A stretch of 64,000 nucleotides of DNA, taken from Lingula anatina (taxonomy: Eukaryota > Animalia > Brachiopoda). Of this stretch, positions 12,659 through 24,868 are shown one piece after another. Every line of letters begins with the position of its first letter. The first letter of the stretch is position 1. The notes under the pieces are model-generated. The model was not told where the DNA came from and ran no database searches. It saw only the letters and a program-made list of their open reading frames with translations. A program made the position numbers and the translations under genes. The DNA lies in assembly GCA_051362555.1 (NCBI GenBank), contig CM120641.1, positions 930,001-994,000 of the forward strand, given 5' to 3'.

Positions 12659-12710
12659 AACGCTACCAATGCGATATTTGCCGATATGCAAATATCGCAT
12701 TGGTAGCGTT
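12659..12710. repeat. Perfect 23-bp-arm palindrome
   Basis: AACGCTACCAATGCGATATTTGC-cgatat-GCAAATATCGCATTGGTAGCGTT. Confidence 0.9.
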
Positions 12711-13173
12711 GTGGTCAGCAATTTGGAGGGGGGGGTCATTTCTTATAATTTTATCCCCCGTTTTATCCCCCTATAAGATAATTAAAGAAATGAAACAGAG
12801 CCCAGATCAAATTTTGATTCATAGTGAACTTTTTTGACATTGGTCAAAAATGTTGTCCCACCCCCACTTTATCAGCACAGCTCACTTGCTCACAGCGCTC
12901 GTCTGGGGAGTGATATTTGGAGAGATGTATTTGTAGCAGAAACACAGCGTTCTGAGCGTGGCGCAACCATCTTTGAACCCTGATATTCGGCCTGCTGAGC
13001 ACTTGTGGCATGAATTGGAGTGTGCAATGCAGAAAACCAATTCCCAAATAATCTGGACCAACTGCGCAAACTTTTAAGGAAAATGGGACAATATCCCACA
13101 AAACAGAATTGTTACCCTTGATGAAGGCTTGTCGCGCCGCCTACAGGAAGCAGTACAGTACGTGGTAGACAAA

Positions 13174-13385
13174 GGGCGCATTCCCATAGATTTTAGATCG
13201 ATCTATCCCCGTGGGGAGCCTCACTAGATTACTGTCAGATAATCCGGCTAATTGTCCGTCCCACCTACTACAAGCTGTAAGGGGGTAATTAACTTTCGTG
13301 CCCGCTCGGCTGACAGCTATTTAGCGTGAACCCCCAGGGAGTTAGGTCGATCTAGTTGGATCGATCTAATCTCTGGGAATGGGTT
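13174..13385. mobile_element. MITE copy A (Tourist/PIF-Harbinger-like termini)
   Basis: TIRs GGGCGCATTCCCATAGATTTTAGATCGATC ... GATCGATCTAATCTCTGGGAATGGG. A closely related copy lies in opposite orientation at 14784-15008. Superfamily assignment is inferred from the termini. Confidence 0.8.
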
Positions 13386-14783
13386 CAAACACGCTATTGG
13401 ACACGTGACCATTAACAAGCCCATTTTAATTGCTAATTGTGTGTAAATTTGGTTATATTTGGTGGTGTCTTTTCAATTTAATAGACATACACACACTGGA
13501 CAATAGAAGTGTCGCCCCCTGAATCAGAGTCATCAAAGTTATAATGCCTGGTCTACTTATAATGTGACTAATGAGTATAAAACCGCTGTACCATGGAATT
13601 GTATTGTTGGTCTTTTTGTGAAATTTGACGTTAGTAAAATGATACCAGGAGCTTATCATTCCACAGTCATTTATCTCCCCCAAAGTATTGGTTCAGTAAG
13701 GGTGACACTTCTATTGTCCAGTGTGTGTATCTTTACCTCTGTGGAAATCACAGTGAAACACCGAATTTGACGGGGTGTATGCTCTAAATATTAATAAATG
13801 TAATAAAATTAGGATATTTCCACCGCTATTTTGTATTTTCTGAGCCATAAGATATGGAATAAAGAGCACTGATTATAACACTTTACACCTGCCATGTAAT
13901 ACATATATATGACATGTGACACATGTAAATAAGAAAGTCTTTATGCACAAAACCTGCGTATTAGATAACTGCATTACGACCGACCCGAATTATATCAGGA
14001 TGTAAGGCTTATTTTTAATTTTCATTTAATCTTCAATTAAAAAATTGCCTTAAAATAAACACCGTGCGTTAGACTATTGTATACGGAAAGTTTTGTAGCA
14101 AAATATAAAGGTGAACATGAAGCGTGGAGCGTTGATTCCCAGTAATGCATATTAACCGTTTTTACTTGTTTCTTATACGACTCAAATAAATTCGACATGC
14201 CAAGGGATAAACTAAATAAATCACTCGATCAACCATAAAAAATCTTTAAACTGCTCCTTTCTTCAAATTTCCGGTCGTAAATTTAACCTACTTATCTGCC
14301 CTATTTACATGTATATACAGCATAGATGGCTTGCAGCAAAATCCGTTCAAATATCATTTTTGGGTAATATTAAACGGTGTCTTTTGGTAATTCTTTCAGT
14401 CATACTCGTTGCAACTATATGCTGGCATTTGGTCGGCTTTTGCGGCAAAATTGACTTTTATGGATTTTTATGGAAATATGGATCTTTAAGAAGATTATAT
14501 TTGACTATATTCATTTTGGTAGTACGTGTAATTCCGATGTTGTAATTAAAATCGTTCAAAATCCAAACATACGTGTTCTTTTTCTTAACGATCTTGGATA
14601 GGATAATTCATTTTCTGCTAAATAAAGACTCTGACTCGCGTTTTTTTTTGTCTTGAATGTCAAATGACTGACATTTGATACTTGGATTATCTGACATTTC
14701 GATAGGATAGGACTTATGATTAATGGACTCTGTCTTGAATTTGTAAAATGTATGATTCACAGCACGTATAACTGCGTGAGTAA

Positions 14784-15008
14784 GGGTGCATTCCCAGAGA
14801 ATTAGATCGATCCAGAGATTTAGATTTAGATCGACCTAACTCCCTGGGGGTTCACGCTAAATTGCAGTCAGCCGAGCGCGCACCGTAGTTAATTACCCCC
14901 TTACAGCTTTTAGTAGGCGGGACAGACGCTTAAGTCGGCTAAGCTGACAGTAATCTAGTGAGACTCCCCACATGGATAGATCGATCTAAAATCTATGGGA
15001 ATAGGATC
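14784..15008. mobile_element. MITE copy B, inverted relative to copy A
   Basis: TAA|GGGTGCATTCCCAGAG ... CTATGGGAATAGG; the interior (CCCTGGGGGTTCACGCTAAAT..TAATTACCCCCTTACAGCTT) is the reverse complement of copy A. Confidence 0.8.
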
Positions 15009-15670
15009 TACGACACAGAGAATATTTTGTCAATTCGTTGCTTAAGTTCCGGTCTTTCAAATGGTATTTGGTATTTTTAAACGTGGTAAGACAATTTGTT
15101 TTAAAATGATAAATGTCGGAACGCTGGACAGAATATGAATAATGAGAGATACGCTATGCATTTAATAAATGAAGACCTGTTGAACATTTTCTTTGCCAAA
15201 GAAATCAATACGCATGTCAACAATTTCTCATCTGTATATCAGTCAGCTCATCTGACAGACTTCAGGTTGCTTTCTCCGTGTGTTTTATTATAAGCTTTAC
15301 CACAAAATGTTTCACATATAACCGTATATAATACATGTACATTAAATATGAAAACAAAGCTACCTTGCCACAAGCAGCGTGTAATGTCAGTTTCCCGTTC
15401 AACAACTAAATTTTTCTATTGATTTTTGTAAGCAGTTTTATATATATCTACCAGTCTAGAACTGGCTCCCCACCAGATTTGCACGTATTAAGACGCAAAC
15501 AAATAAATAGATAAAGTAACATTTTCACGCTCACTGTACAGTGACACACGCAGATTTAACAGCACGTGCATCATGACGTCACTTACACACACCAATATGT
15601 CAGATTTATTAATGATATAAGTAGAGGCCGTCATTGTATACATTTGACAGATCTATAACAAAAACAGTAC

Positions 15671-15817
15671 CAAATATGCCACATACAAGAACAGTGTCAT
15701 TTTGCAATGACAATGACAATGGCAAACTGCCAAGCAAAAAACAATACTAATATGCCACATACAAGCACAGTATCATTGTGCAATGACAATGACAATGGCA
15801 AACTGCCATGCAAAAAA
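15671..15817. repeat. Two-copy 76-bp tandem duplication
   Basis: AATATGCCACATACAAG..GCAATGACAATGACAATGGCAAACTGCCA.GCAAAAAA occurs twice at 76-bp spacing. Confidence 0.85.
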
Positions 15818-18721
15818 TGTGTTCTTTTCACTCACTTGAAAAGACGTCAGTTGACAGGCTGATGGTACAATACAACACCAAAATGGTTCTAAACATTGTC
15901 TTCTGATTAAATATTCCCCAGCCTTCGCTCCCTGAATACATGTAGCTCCACCGCCATTTGTTTCATTTTTAGATTGGCGTCTTGCAGAGAGACTTAGGCG
16001 TGGCAGGTAAGATAATCTGGTGTAGTCTCCTCCTCGTTTATATGAAGACGATATTGCTACAACTATTTACCGGACTTCGTCGCTTAGCAACCGATCTTGT
16101 TGCACGCTTTGTTGTTTTCAGCCATTGTCAAACGCTGAACAGAATATCAGCTATATTTATACCGTGACACAGCTTATTCCTTATAGACGCAGTCTTCATA
16201 CTGCGACAGTTCTTTCTGTCTTGTACGCTTTGTTTTGTCGCTGTGAGCAAAAGGCTTAAGAAAAAAAAAACATTGATACAATCCAATTAACGGCTGTGTT
16301 ATGTACACGAAGCGTCTTAGGTGACTGATCAATGTGCTTAATACAACATCTAAAACTGTAATGGTGCCAGAAAGAATACAATTAGGCCTATTTTAAAGGT
16401 ACGTAATTATCAGATGGACATTTAAATGTCAATAGTCAGTTTTCCTGGAACTCTTACCACCTTTTTTTCGCTCACCAAGGTCATATTATATACAGGCGTT
16501 AAGGGCATTACGATTCATAAACCCCTTAATAGTTTTTGACTTACTCTCTTAACGCATTTTAATTTGCGTGTGGATTGCACTTTGATTTGCAAATTTCAAA
16601 GATATCATTACAACATATTTTATACAGGGTGTCCGTTGACATGGGAGGTCTTCTCTTGAATAATGTAGGCTATGTTTGTGATAACAGATTGACGCTGTAT
16701 TTATACACAAAAACTGGACAGTTAAAGCTTTTTAATTACACGTCATTCATCTTTTGTAACACTTTTCCTCCTTTTTTTTTCTTTTTTGTTTCGTGATCAG
16801 AATTATTTATCACATTCGTAATTTTTCTTTTCATTTACAGCTCTACGTGCTACCAATCGATAACAATTATTTCCTTATGACTTGGCGTGCATCAGGGCTT
16901 TGGGATATGATTATATATATCTCCGCACTGCTTTTGTAATGAGTGACACGTAATGTGGAATATTCCTTCACGTGACATTAGACATATATTGTTCTGTAAT
17001 ACAGAATATAATATTCACATACTTATATACCGGTGGTATAGTAGTATCATTGAATTATAACTGCTTAAACTGCTTTGAGATGGGAAAATTTAAGCTTATT
17101 ACGTAATTATGATTCAAAATGTAATCTACTCACATCAGTTTTTTTTTTCTTTAACGCTATTTTCTGCATAAGAGTATTTTATAAATCGCTCTTTGTGGTC
17201 TTTAAGAAGGAAAATATGCAAATTTGTAACACGGAATTCAAAATATAAATATTTTTGTAACTCACTTATTCAGTATTCTAGATAAACTATAGCACAAACA
17301 TCACAGTTCTGCAGCAACAAGTACACGTCTGCGTCCATAGTAAAGTTATATTATTTTGTGGTCAGTTTTTTTAGGAATGACAGGCCTTGGATGCGAAGCC
17401 GACAATTGCCCTCTTTGCATGGGGTCGGTTCCAAAACTTTTTGGCGTTTTGGTGTTTTACTTTCGCCAAAATATATTTACATGGGTAACAGTATATACGC
17501 CTATTTATACTCCCCCCCCCCCAAAAAAAAAATAAAATAAATAAATAAATAAATAATAAAAATTATAATAAATAAATAAACAGCAAGTGCGTTGTCTTGT
17601 CAGCAGTGAGAATTTAACTACGGTCTCTCTCACAAGGAACCAGACAACATGATTTATCACACAGCCAAAAATACCTACTGCAACGGCATCGAGAGAGATG
17701 TGTTCTGTTTCTATCTTCTTGTCAACGGAAGCATCGAGTTAACAAAGGTGAAGGCAATCTCCTGTCTCAAAAAGCGGACAGTCAGTTGCAATTATCGTTT
17801 GGAGACATTGAAATGTCAAATCTCAAAAGTATTTCTATTTTCATTAAGAATGTCACGTAGATAGTCGACTATTCCTAGCGGAGCATCTGTCAAAGTTGTT
17901 GAGGATCAGTCTTACATTTGTTTCGTTGCTCAGGCATGATAACTTGAGACTTAAAATAGGAAAACTGATCAACTTAGGACTTAATTTTTAATTGCAATGT
18001 AAGTCATTTCGTGGTCGTTACGCTGACTGACAAAAAGCCAGTTCTTTGTATTTAAATCTAGCCACTGTTGTGAACACCTTGATATTACTTTAATATGCAG
18101 GCTTTAACATCTGTAATGAAAAAAAGTAGAAATCCCATGGTTACATTAGGGAGATATTGTTATGAATTCATGTGGAGACCACTTAAAGACAAAACATCTG
18201 GTAAATTCATATGAATATGGTGAATAAGTTGAGGTAAATGAAAATACAAAGCTTTTATGAAGCCAGACAATAACGGACAATTTCACTCAGAATGCCAAGC
18301 TTCTCATATGAACAGGACCCCAACCATGTATATATGGTGAACCAAATAGTATGAAACTTCCAATTTTTTATCCATTCCATTTCTATAACATCTATGTACC
18401 TGTATATGTACTTTCTATTTTGATATTACAGCCTGTGGAGCAAAGAAAAAGATAAATTCAATTATAACTGATGAACATGAATGCCAAATCATTCAAATAC
18501 CATGTGTAAATTATTTATTTGTCTGCCAATTTCTGTGCACAGTAAATGCAAGTAACTGAAAAGATTGAAAATATAGCCTTTATTGTTTATTGCAAATAAA
18601 AACTTGACTGTAATGAGCTACTTTCATTTTTCCTTATGGGCAGATCTGCCAATAACGATGAATCTACAGAGACACTTTTTGGTCTTGCTCAATTGCAGAA
18701 CCTGCAGGTGCTAGCTGTAAT

Positions 18722-19086
18722 CAGGGGTGGATCCAGAGATATTTTCTGACAGTCTTCCAAATTATCTTTGTTGATCCATCCTCCATTTTTGACCGTCTTC
18801 CGACAGCAAAAAATTAGATACCTGTCAATGTAAACTTGAAATTCTGACCGTCTTCCAGAAGACCCAGAAGACAGCCTCAATCCGCCCCTGGTTATGCGGC
18901 AATATGCCCTCCTCAAGACCACCACTTTAACAAGGTGACTACTATGTGGCCACAGGTAACATGGGCAGATTGATTTACATTGACAAGTATCTAATTTTTT
19001 TCTGTTGGAAGACTGTCAAAAATGGAGGATGGATCAACAAAGATAATTTGGAAGACTGTCAGAAAATATCTCTAGAGCTGCCCCTG
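18722..19086. mobile_element. Two inverted copies of a short CAGGGG-ended repeat/MITE
   Basis: 18722-18890 (CAGGGGTGGATCC...ATCCGCCCCTG) and about 18963-19086 share about 110 bp in opposite orientation. This explains the twin ORFs KTVKNGGWINKDNLEDCQKISL on both strands. Confidence 0.8.
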
Positions 19087-19489
19087 GGTAAGAGAAAAAC
19101 CAACAGAACAAGTCCAAATACTAACAAATGGAATCCCTGTCTCCTTGTCTGTGACAACAAAATCAACCTTTACATGGCCTGCATGTAAAGTGATCAAAAT
19201 TGTCTGTTTATGAAGGCAATATTCTACCCTCTACCAGGGCGAGTGATAGATCTTTTCACAGATATGTCTCTAGCTAGATAGATGGTCATTTAGGGCTGAA
19301 GTCACAGATTAAGGTTGCAACATTCCGCAAACACAGACCTTTACATCACACTGGTTGTGTTTGATTCATGATGACAATAACTGTTATCAAGTACATTAAT
19401 TGTATTACTTGGTAGGACAATATCCTTTGCATATAATATATGAAAGAGAAAATATTAAAAACAAAAATAACACATAACTGAAGTTTTAT

Positions 19490-21066
19490 TTAAAAGTCAA
19501 CAATATGTGTAAAAGGTCCATTAGTTTCCATATTTAACACCTGTCTATTTCCATACACTCCACTTTTTACTACACAACCTGCCTCCTGCATGGCACTGGT
19601 CTGTTGAAAAGAGTCTGTGCATAGTTCAACAAAAGTCCTATAGAGGTCACTGCCATCAGTCTTATTTATGATAGAGTGATACTGGACAGACTTTCCTTTC
19701 AGTTTACCACCAAGACAAGCTTGAGGGATGATTAGTAAATCTCCTGGAAGGTCTGTGATAGAGGTTAGTTTTCCATCTTTTCCTTCACACAGCTTGATAC
19801 CAAGAACTTGTTTTACTGAAAATAAATAATTTTAATTCATTTTGTTCATTAAACCTTATTTATTGAGGAAAAATCATGGTTAACATATAATTTATCTTCC
19901 ACAATAATGAGATGACTTTTATAACAAATGTTCCTCAGGTAAAAATAAATATAATTAATTAGTGAATCACTACAAAACAAACTGTATTCACAATATACCA
20001 TAAGTCACCCAGAGTTCTCGAAGCTGAAATCTCATCTGTGTTATCTTGTTAAAAACTATGCCAATTTCCATAATGAACTATAGCAGAAAACATACTAAGT
20101 ACTGTAGATGTTTGTTACCATCTGTACTGTGCTAGTTTAAGGTGACACCAAAAGCTGTTTTATGGCTCATACACTTGTGTGTAAGCACATGTGCATGTAT
20201 ATATATAAATTGTGCATTTTTTCATAAATAGGGACAGAATTAAAAAATTACAACAATCACTAGTATGTGTATCAATATCATCTCCTTTATTCTAGATTCA
20301 AACTGACTTAATTTTCATGTTTATGTATATACATCAGGAGCGTAACCAGACCTTTTAAAATTGTACGCAAAGATTTTGAAAATTCCCAGGTACGATTATA
20401 TTCCATAAAAAATACACTGAATTTATGGAGAATAATATCATGGTTGGCTAAAAAAATTGTACGCACAGTGCATCCGTGCGTATGCCTGGTTACACCCATG
20501 TACATTGTAGGTAAATACTTACCCATCTTTTCTACAAGTTCTTTATTGGCACCTTTGAGGAAACACACAAATACAACCACTCCCTGTTTAATCTGTGAAC
20601 AAAAATAAAACAAACAATGAACAAATATATCAATAGGCATTTTTTCTTTAAAAATGTACTCAGTATTGAAATTTTAAAGTAAAAATGCTGTGTATATTAT
20701 ACCTCAATTATAATGTCACAGTCAATAATGTGTCATGAAGCAGACACATTATTGGTAGAAACGGAGAAAAAATTCTAGGGGAAAAATAGATAGATAAAAG
20801 AGGAGCTACATGTGCACTGTAACTTCCTGTAAGGCAAATACAATTTGAATATTGTAAGGCACTTGCAGATTAGTGGGTAAATATTTTAAGCACATTAAAT
20901 GAATTACTGAGAAGATGGGTCTATATATAGTAAATTAAGTTTTACGGTTGGAAGTTTAAAGTTTCGATACCTTCGCATACTCAGCTTCACTGACTTCTGA
21001 CTCTGGGTTAAGACGTAAAGTAGCAGCAAGACACTGCTGTATTACAATTCTTGCTGAAGTTTCCAT
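19490..21066 (-). CDS. DTD2: D-aminoacyl-tRNA deacylase 2 / Animalia-specific tRNA deacylase (ATD)
   Basis: Exons 21066-20971, 20592-20523 and 19815-19490 give METSARIVIQQCLAATLRL...IKQGVVVFVCFLKGANKELVEKMVKQVL...LIIPQACLGGKLKGKSVQYH...GVYGNRQVLNMETNGPFTHIVDF*, matching the DTD2 signatures PQATL and TNGPF. Confidence 0.95.
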
Positions 21067-21256
21067 GTCTGTATTAACTAACCGCTTACAACAACAGAAT
21101 TATACTGTCTGTAACTGAAATCATTAAAAAATTAAGAAATATAAAATCTATTTTTTTCAAATGCCATTTTGATTTTGTTGATTTTGTATAAGTCCCTTAT
21201 TGCTAGTTTACTACATTCTTTTGTTGGTATTTTATTATGATATAAGCGATGTAAAG
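21067..21256. promoter_or_regulatory. Bidirectional promoter between DTD2 and COA4
   Basis: Divergent ATGs only 190 bp apart; YY1-like AAGATGGC overlaps the COA4 start. Confidence 0.75.
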
Positions 21257-22008
21257 ATGGCTGCGCCCATGGGACATGATCGTTCACGAAAACCAGTCTC
21301 AGATAACGATGATGAGGACGACGATCTTGTTGACAAAAGATTAAAAGAGATGGGATGCATGGATAAACATTTAGCGGTCCAAGTAAGAGAACAATAATGC
21401 ATTTTATAAGTTTATTGTTAAACATATGACTTATTTCGCGTGCAAGTTTACGTTGGTTAACAACTGTAGTCTACTGTACCAGTAGCTAATGTGAGCTAGC
21501 AGAATTGGGTTTGGGCACAATAATTACGAATCACTAGTTACTAAAATTCAAAGCTAGCATAAATATTCGTAGTGTACATTATGTCAACAGCTTTATTATG
21601 AAAATGGTCTAGATCCTTTAAAAAAGAGAGAAAAGTGAATTAGGATTTATGCAACCAGAAAACCCATGTTGCGTAAGCGCCATTATTTGAACAACTCTTT
21701 CTTACTCTCTGCGCTCAATACATTCTTAAATCTGTTCATTTGTCAGGAAAGTACCTCAATTTAACATATGTCATTGGGAAAAGGAATTGTACATTGGCAC
21801 TTAACTATCTTAACATTAATATATATATAATTGTGATATATTAGTAATTTGGATTGCTATATTAATTATGTTTGGGAATTAATCTGCAATTTTGATTTCC
21901 TCTTAGGATTGTATGTTTGATACCAAAGATTGGAGAAAGTGCCAGGAGCAAGTGAAGGCTTTCAAGGCATGTGTGGAAAACTATGAAAAGCAGAAAAAGA
22001 AGACTTGA
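21257..22008 (+). CDS. COA4: Cytochrome c oxidase assembly factor 4 (twin CX9C, CHCHD8)
   Basis: Exons 21257-21382 and 21907-22008 give MAAPMGHDRSRKPVSDNDDEDDDLVDKRLKEMGCMDKHLAVQDCMFDTKDWRKCQEQVKAFKACVENYEKQKKKT*, with twin CX9C and DWRxCQ motifs. Confidence 0.93.
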
Positions 22009-24868
22009 CCATAATAGTTAATAGTTAATGATGCCCAGTAGATACATTGTACAATAGAAAATCTGTAAGAACGAGTGCAATTGTAGCTCTCTTTCAAGAT
22101 GCTGTAAACTTAAAACATTTCAGAGACTATTAGAATGCAAAGAAACAGATATTGGACTGCAGTCAGCAGACAACCACAATATGCAAGCCGTAGAGCTCAC
22201 ATATTTTTCTAGAAATCCAGCGTAATGTAATGAAAATGCAGAAAACTCAAAATGCTACATGTATCATAATTCTTGCTTTATTTTTCTTTGCCATGCTAGA
22301 AACGGTTGTGACAGATTTTTCTATGCACAGTCTGTACAACTTTCTTCTTAAAGATCAATACATATATAACATGACTAATGGCCACACCTCGAGATGTCTT
22401 TTAAAATCTGCATTATGAACACTATTTGATGCAATATGTCTTACAAGAGTTTATCCTTTGTCTTGTAGACATAAAGTCATGCATCACAAAATATAAACTA
22501 TCATATTGATAGAATTAAATGCTGTTTATCTTATTTCTTTTCTTATAATAATTTCGTATCATCCACTACTAGCACTGTACATACCTATAGTTAATGATGA
22601 ATTCACAAAACAGAGGCTGATATACATGTACTTTTAGTATAAAAGTAAACTACTTCTCCCTTTGAACCATTAAAATGTTAAATATAAGGCGTCTTCGATG
22701 TTACTGAATAATTATTTCAAAATATTCCCTTAACTAGAGCTGAATTACTGACTAGATGGTGGGGACCGGGACTTTTTTATGACCAAATACCATCATAGAA
22801 TGTAACTTGAACTCAATCAGATGTTGAGATTATTATGGAAACTACGTTAAATTATGAACTTGGAATTATGGCTAATTTAAAAGTTTTGATATATATAATG
22901 GAGATATTTATAAGAGATGAAAATTTCTTTGAGAACTTGCAGCTGTAAAGATGATGGAATCTATACATACAATGGCACATATGGCAATGTATAATACATA
23001 AACACGTACACATAAACACGTATGTGTTGTGTGTGCATTCATACATTAATATTTACACTGACATAAGATTATAATTACCAGAGGAAAAAAAGATTATTCG
23101 TAACTTGCAGATAAAATTCAAATGTATACATAAACTATCCATTGCTGTTAGCATTTATATATAACTGGACAAGATGGCGGGCATGCTGACACTGTTGACA
23201 TCTCTCATGACTGAAAAAAAATATTCTCAAAAACCAGGTAGAAAATTGTGTTCAGTCAGTCCAAGAGACCAGCAACAATGTTGAATTTACAGCTAGTCTG
23301 GCAAATGTCCTTTAATCTGGGAAAATTTTCATAACTGCCGGCCTGATTGCCTGGTTGTTTTTCAAAGTTTTCAGCATGTTTGCCAGGATAGATGCATGCA
23401 TGTTTACCAACTACAAACACTACTTCTTTCAAAGTAAACAGTGTAAATATTTATTATCATCAACTGTATGTGTAAATATTTACTATCATCAACTGTATGT
23501 GACAGACAAATTGACACACATCTTTCTGTACATGGTTAAGCAGCTCACTATTTTCTTGACATAAGTTATGGTTATATGGAAATCTTTTTCAAAACATGAA
23601 CAATATGCAAGCACCTGTCGTTGAAGCACCCATATATTGCATGTAACCACATGGCTTTTGGGCTATCAATATATATCACAACCATCTTTGCACATGTGAG
23701 CTGTGTTAAATATGCTCTAACAAGTCTGACAGAATTTCTTCCAAAAATGACTTTCACAGCTTCATACCACACAATTGCACTTTCATTGTTACATTTTCTA
23801 GAGAACTTGTTAATATATCTCTAACTTACTGTCTTCTGTTCCATGAAACAATATGCTTCACCTTCCAATGAAAATGGGGAAATACAATGGTTTTGTGTAA
23901 CACACATGCACGCACACACACACACATGCAGTTGCTTGCACTTTTCAGCGTGGAGTCCAGTCAGCCTCTGGTGCTAAAACATGAACTCAAATTAATATTT
24001 TAATTTAAAAAATGTTATACAGTTTAAAAAGATGTAACATAAGAAAAAAAAACATCCCAGGAAAATCAAATCTACATTTGCATATAAAATTCAAGCTAGT
24101 TTCCATAACCACATGCATATTCTCATGCACAACTGAGGAAATATTATATTCTTGGATGAAGGATTCAACAGAAAGCAAAACAGCCATACAATAATAATAA
24201 TAATAATAATGTTTATACAAGACAATAATGGCAGTAAGGCTACCTGTATTCCTGTTACACAACCAAATACGGAAAGGAATGCGGCACTGAAAATATGGAC
24301 TTCATATTAATTCTGCAGATTGTACATTATCTGGAAATATGACAGAATTCGAAGTTTTAAAAATTGGAACCCAACATTTCAATAACTTGTGAGGAGCATA
24401 AGAGGCTGGGGAGTTAATAATGAACTAAATATTTAAGTAATGATTGTCATGTAAGGCTGCATTCTGAACTAGGTGATCAGTAGGCAAACTAGTCCATGGA
24501 TTAAATATGTCCAGACTCTCTTGCAAAAGTGTCAAGATTTAATTGCTCTGCCCCTGCTGGGCCAGCACTCTTGGGAGGCAAGAATCCTTTGTCAAATGTG
24601 CTCTCTAAATGAGAGCACAGAACTATATTGCATTAATGCAACAACTATTAAAATAAGCAAATATGTCCACAATGATAAATGCAGATTTGTACCTACTAGC
24701 CCTGTACTGCTGTTTATTTGAAAAGCAAAACATCCAGACAGTATGCCTCAATATATATATAAAGTCTAAGTAATAAATTACAGAGTTTTTATATGGTACC
24801 GATGAATATTCTACAATGCTACTGTGAAAAATAAACTAGAGATTCTTTTTTCCCTTATAACTATTTTT

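Noticed and set aside
18689-19188. Duplicated peptide KTVKNGGWINKDNLEDCQKISL on opposite strands
   Set aside because: Artefact of an inverted non-coding repeat pair; no splice or domain support.
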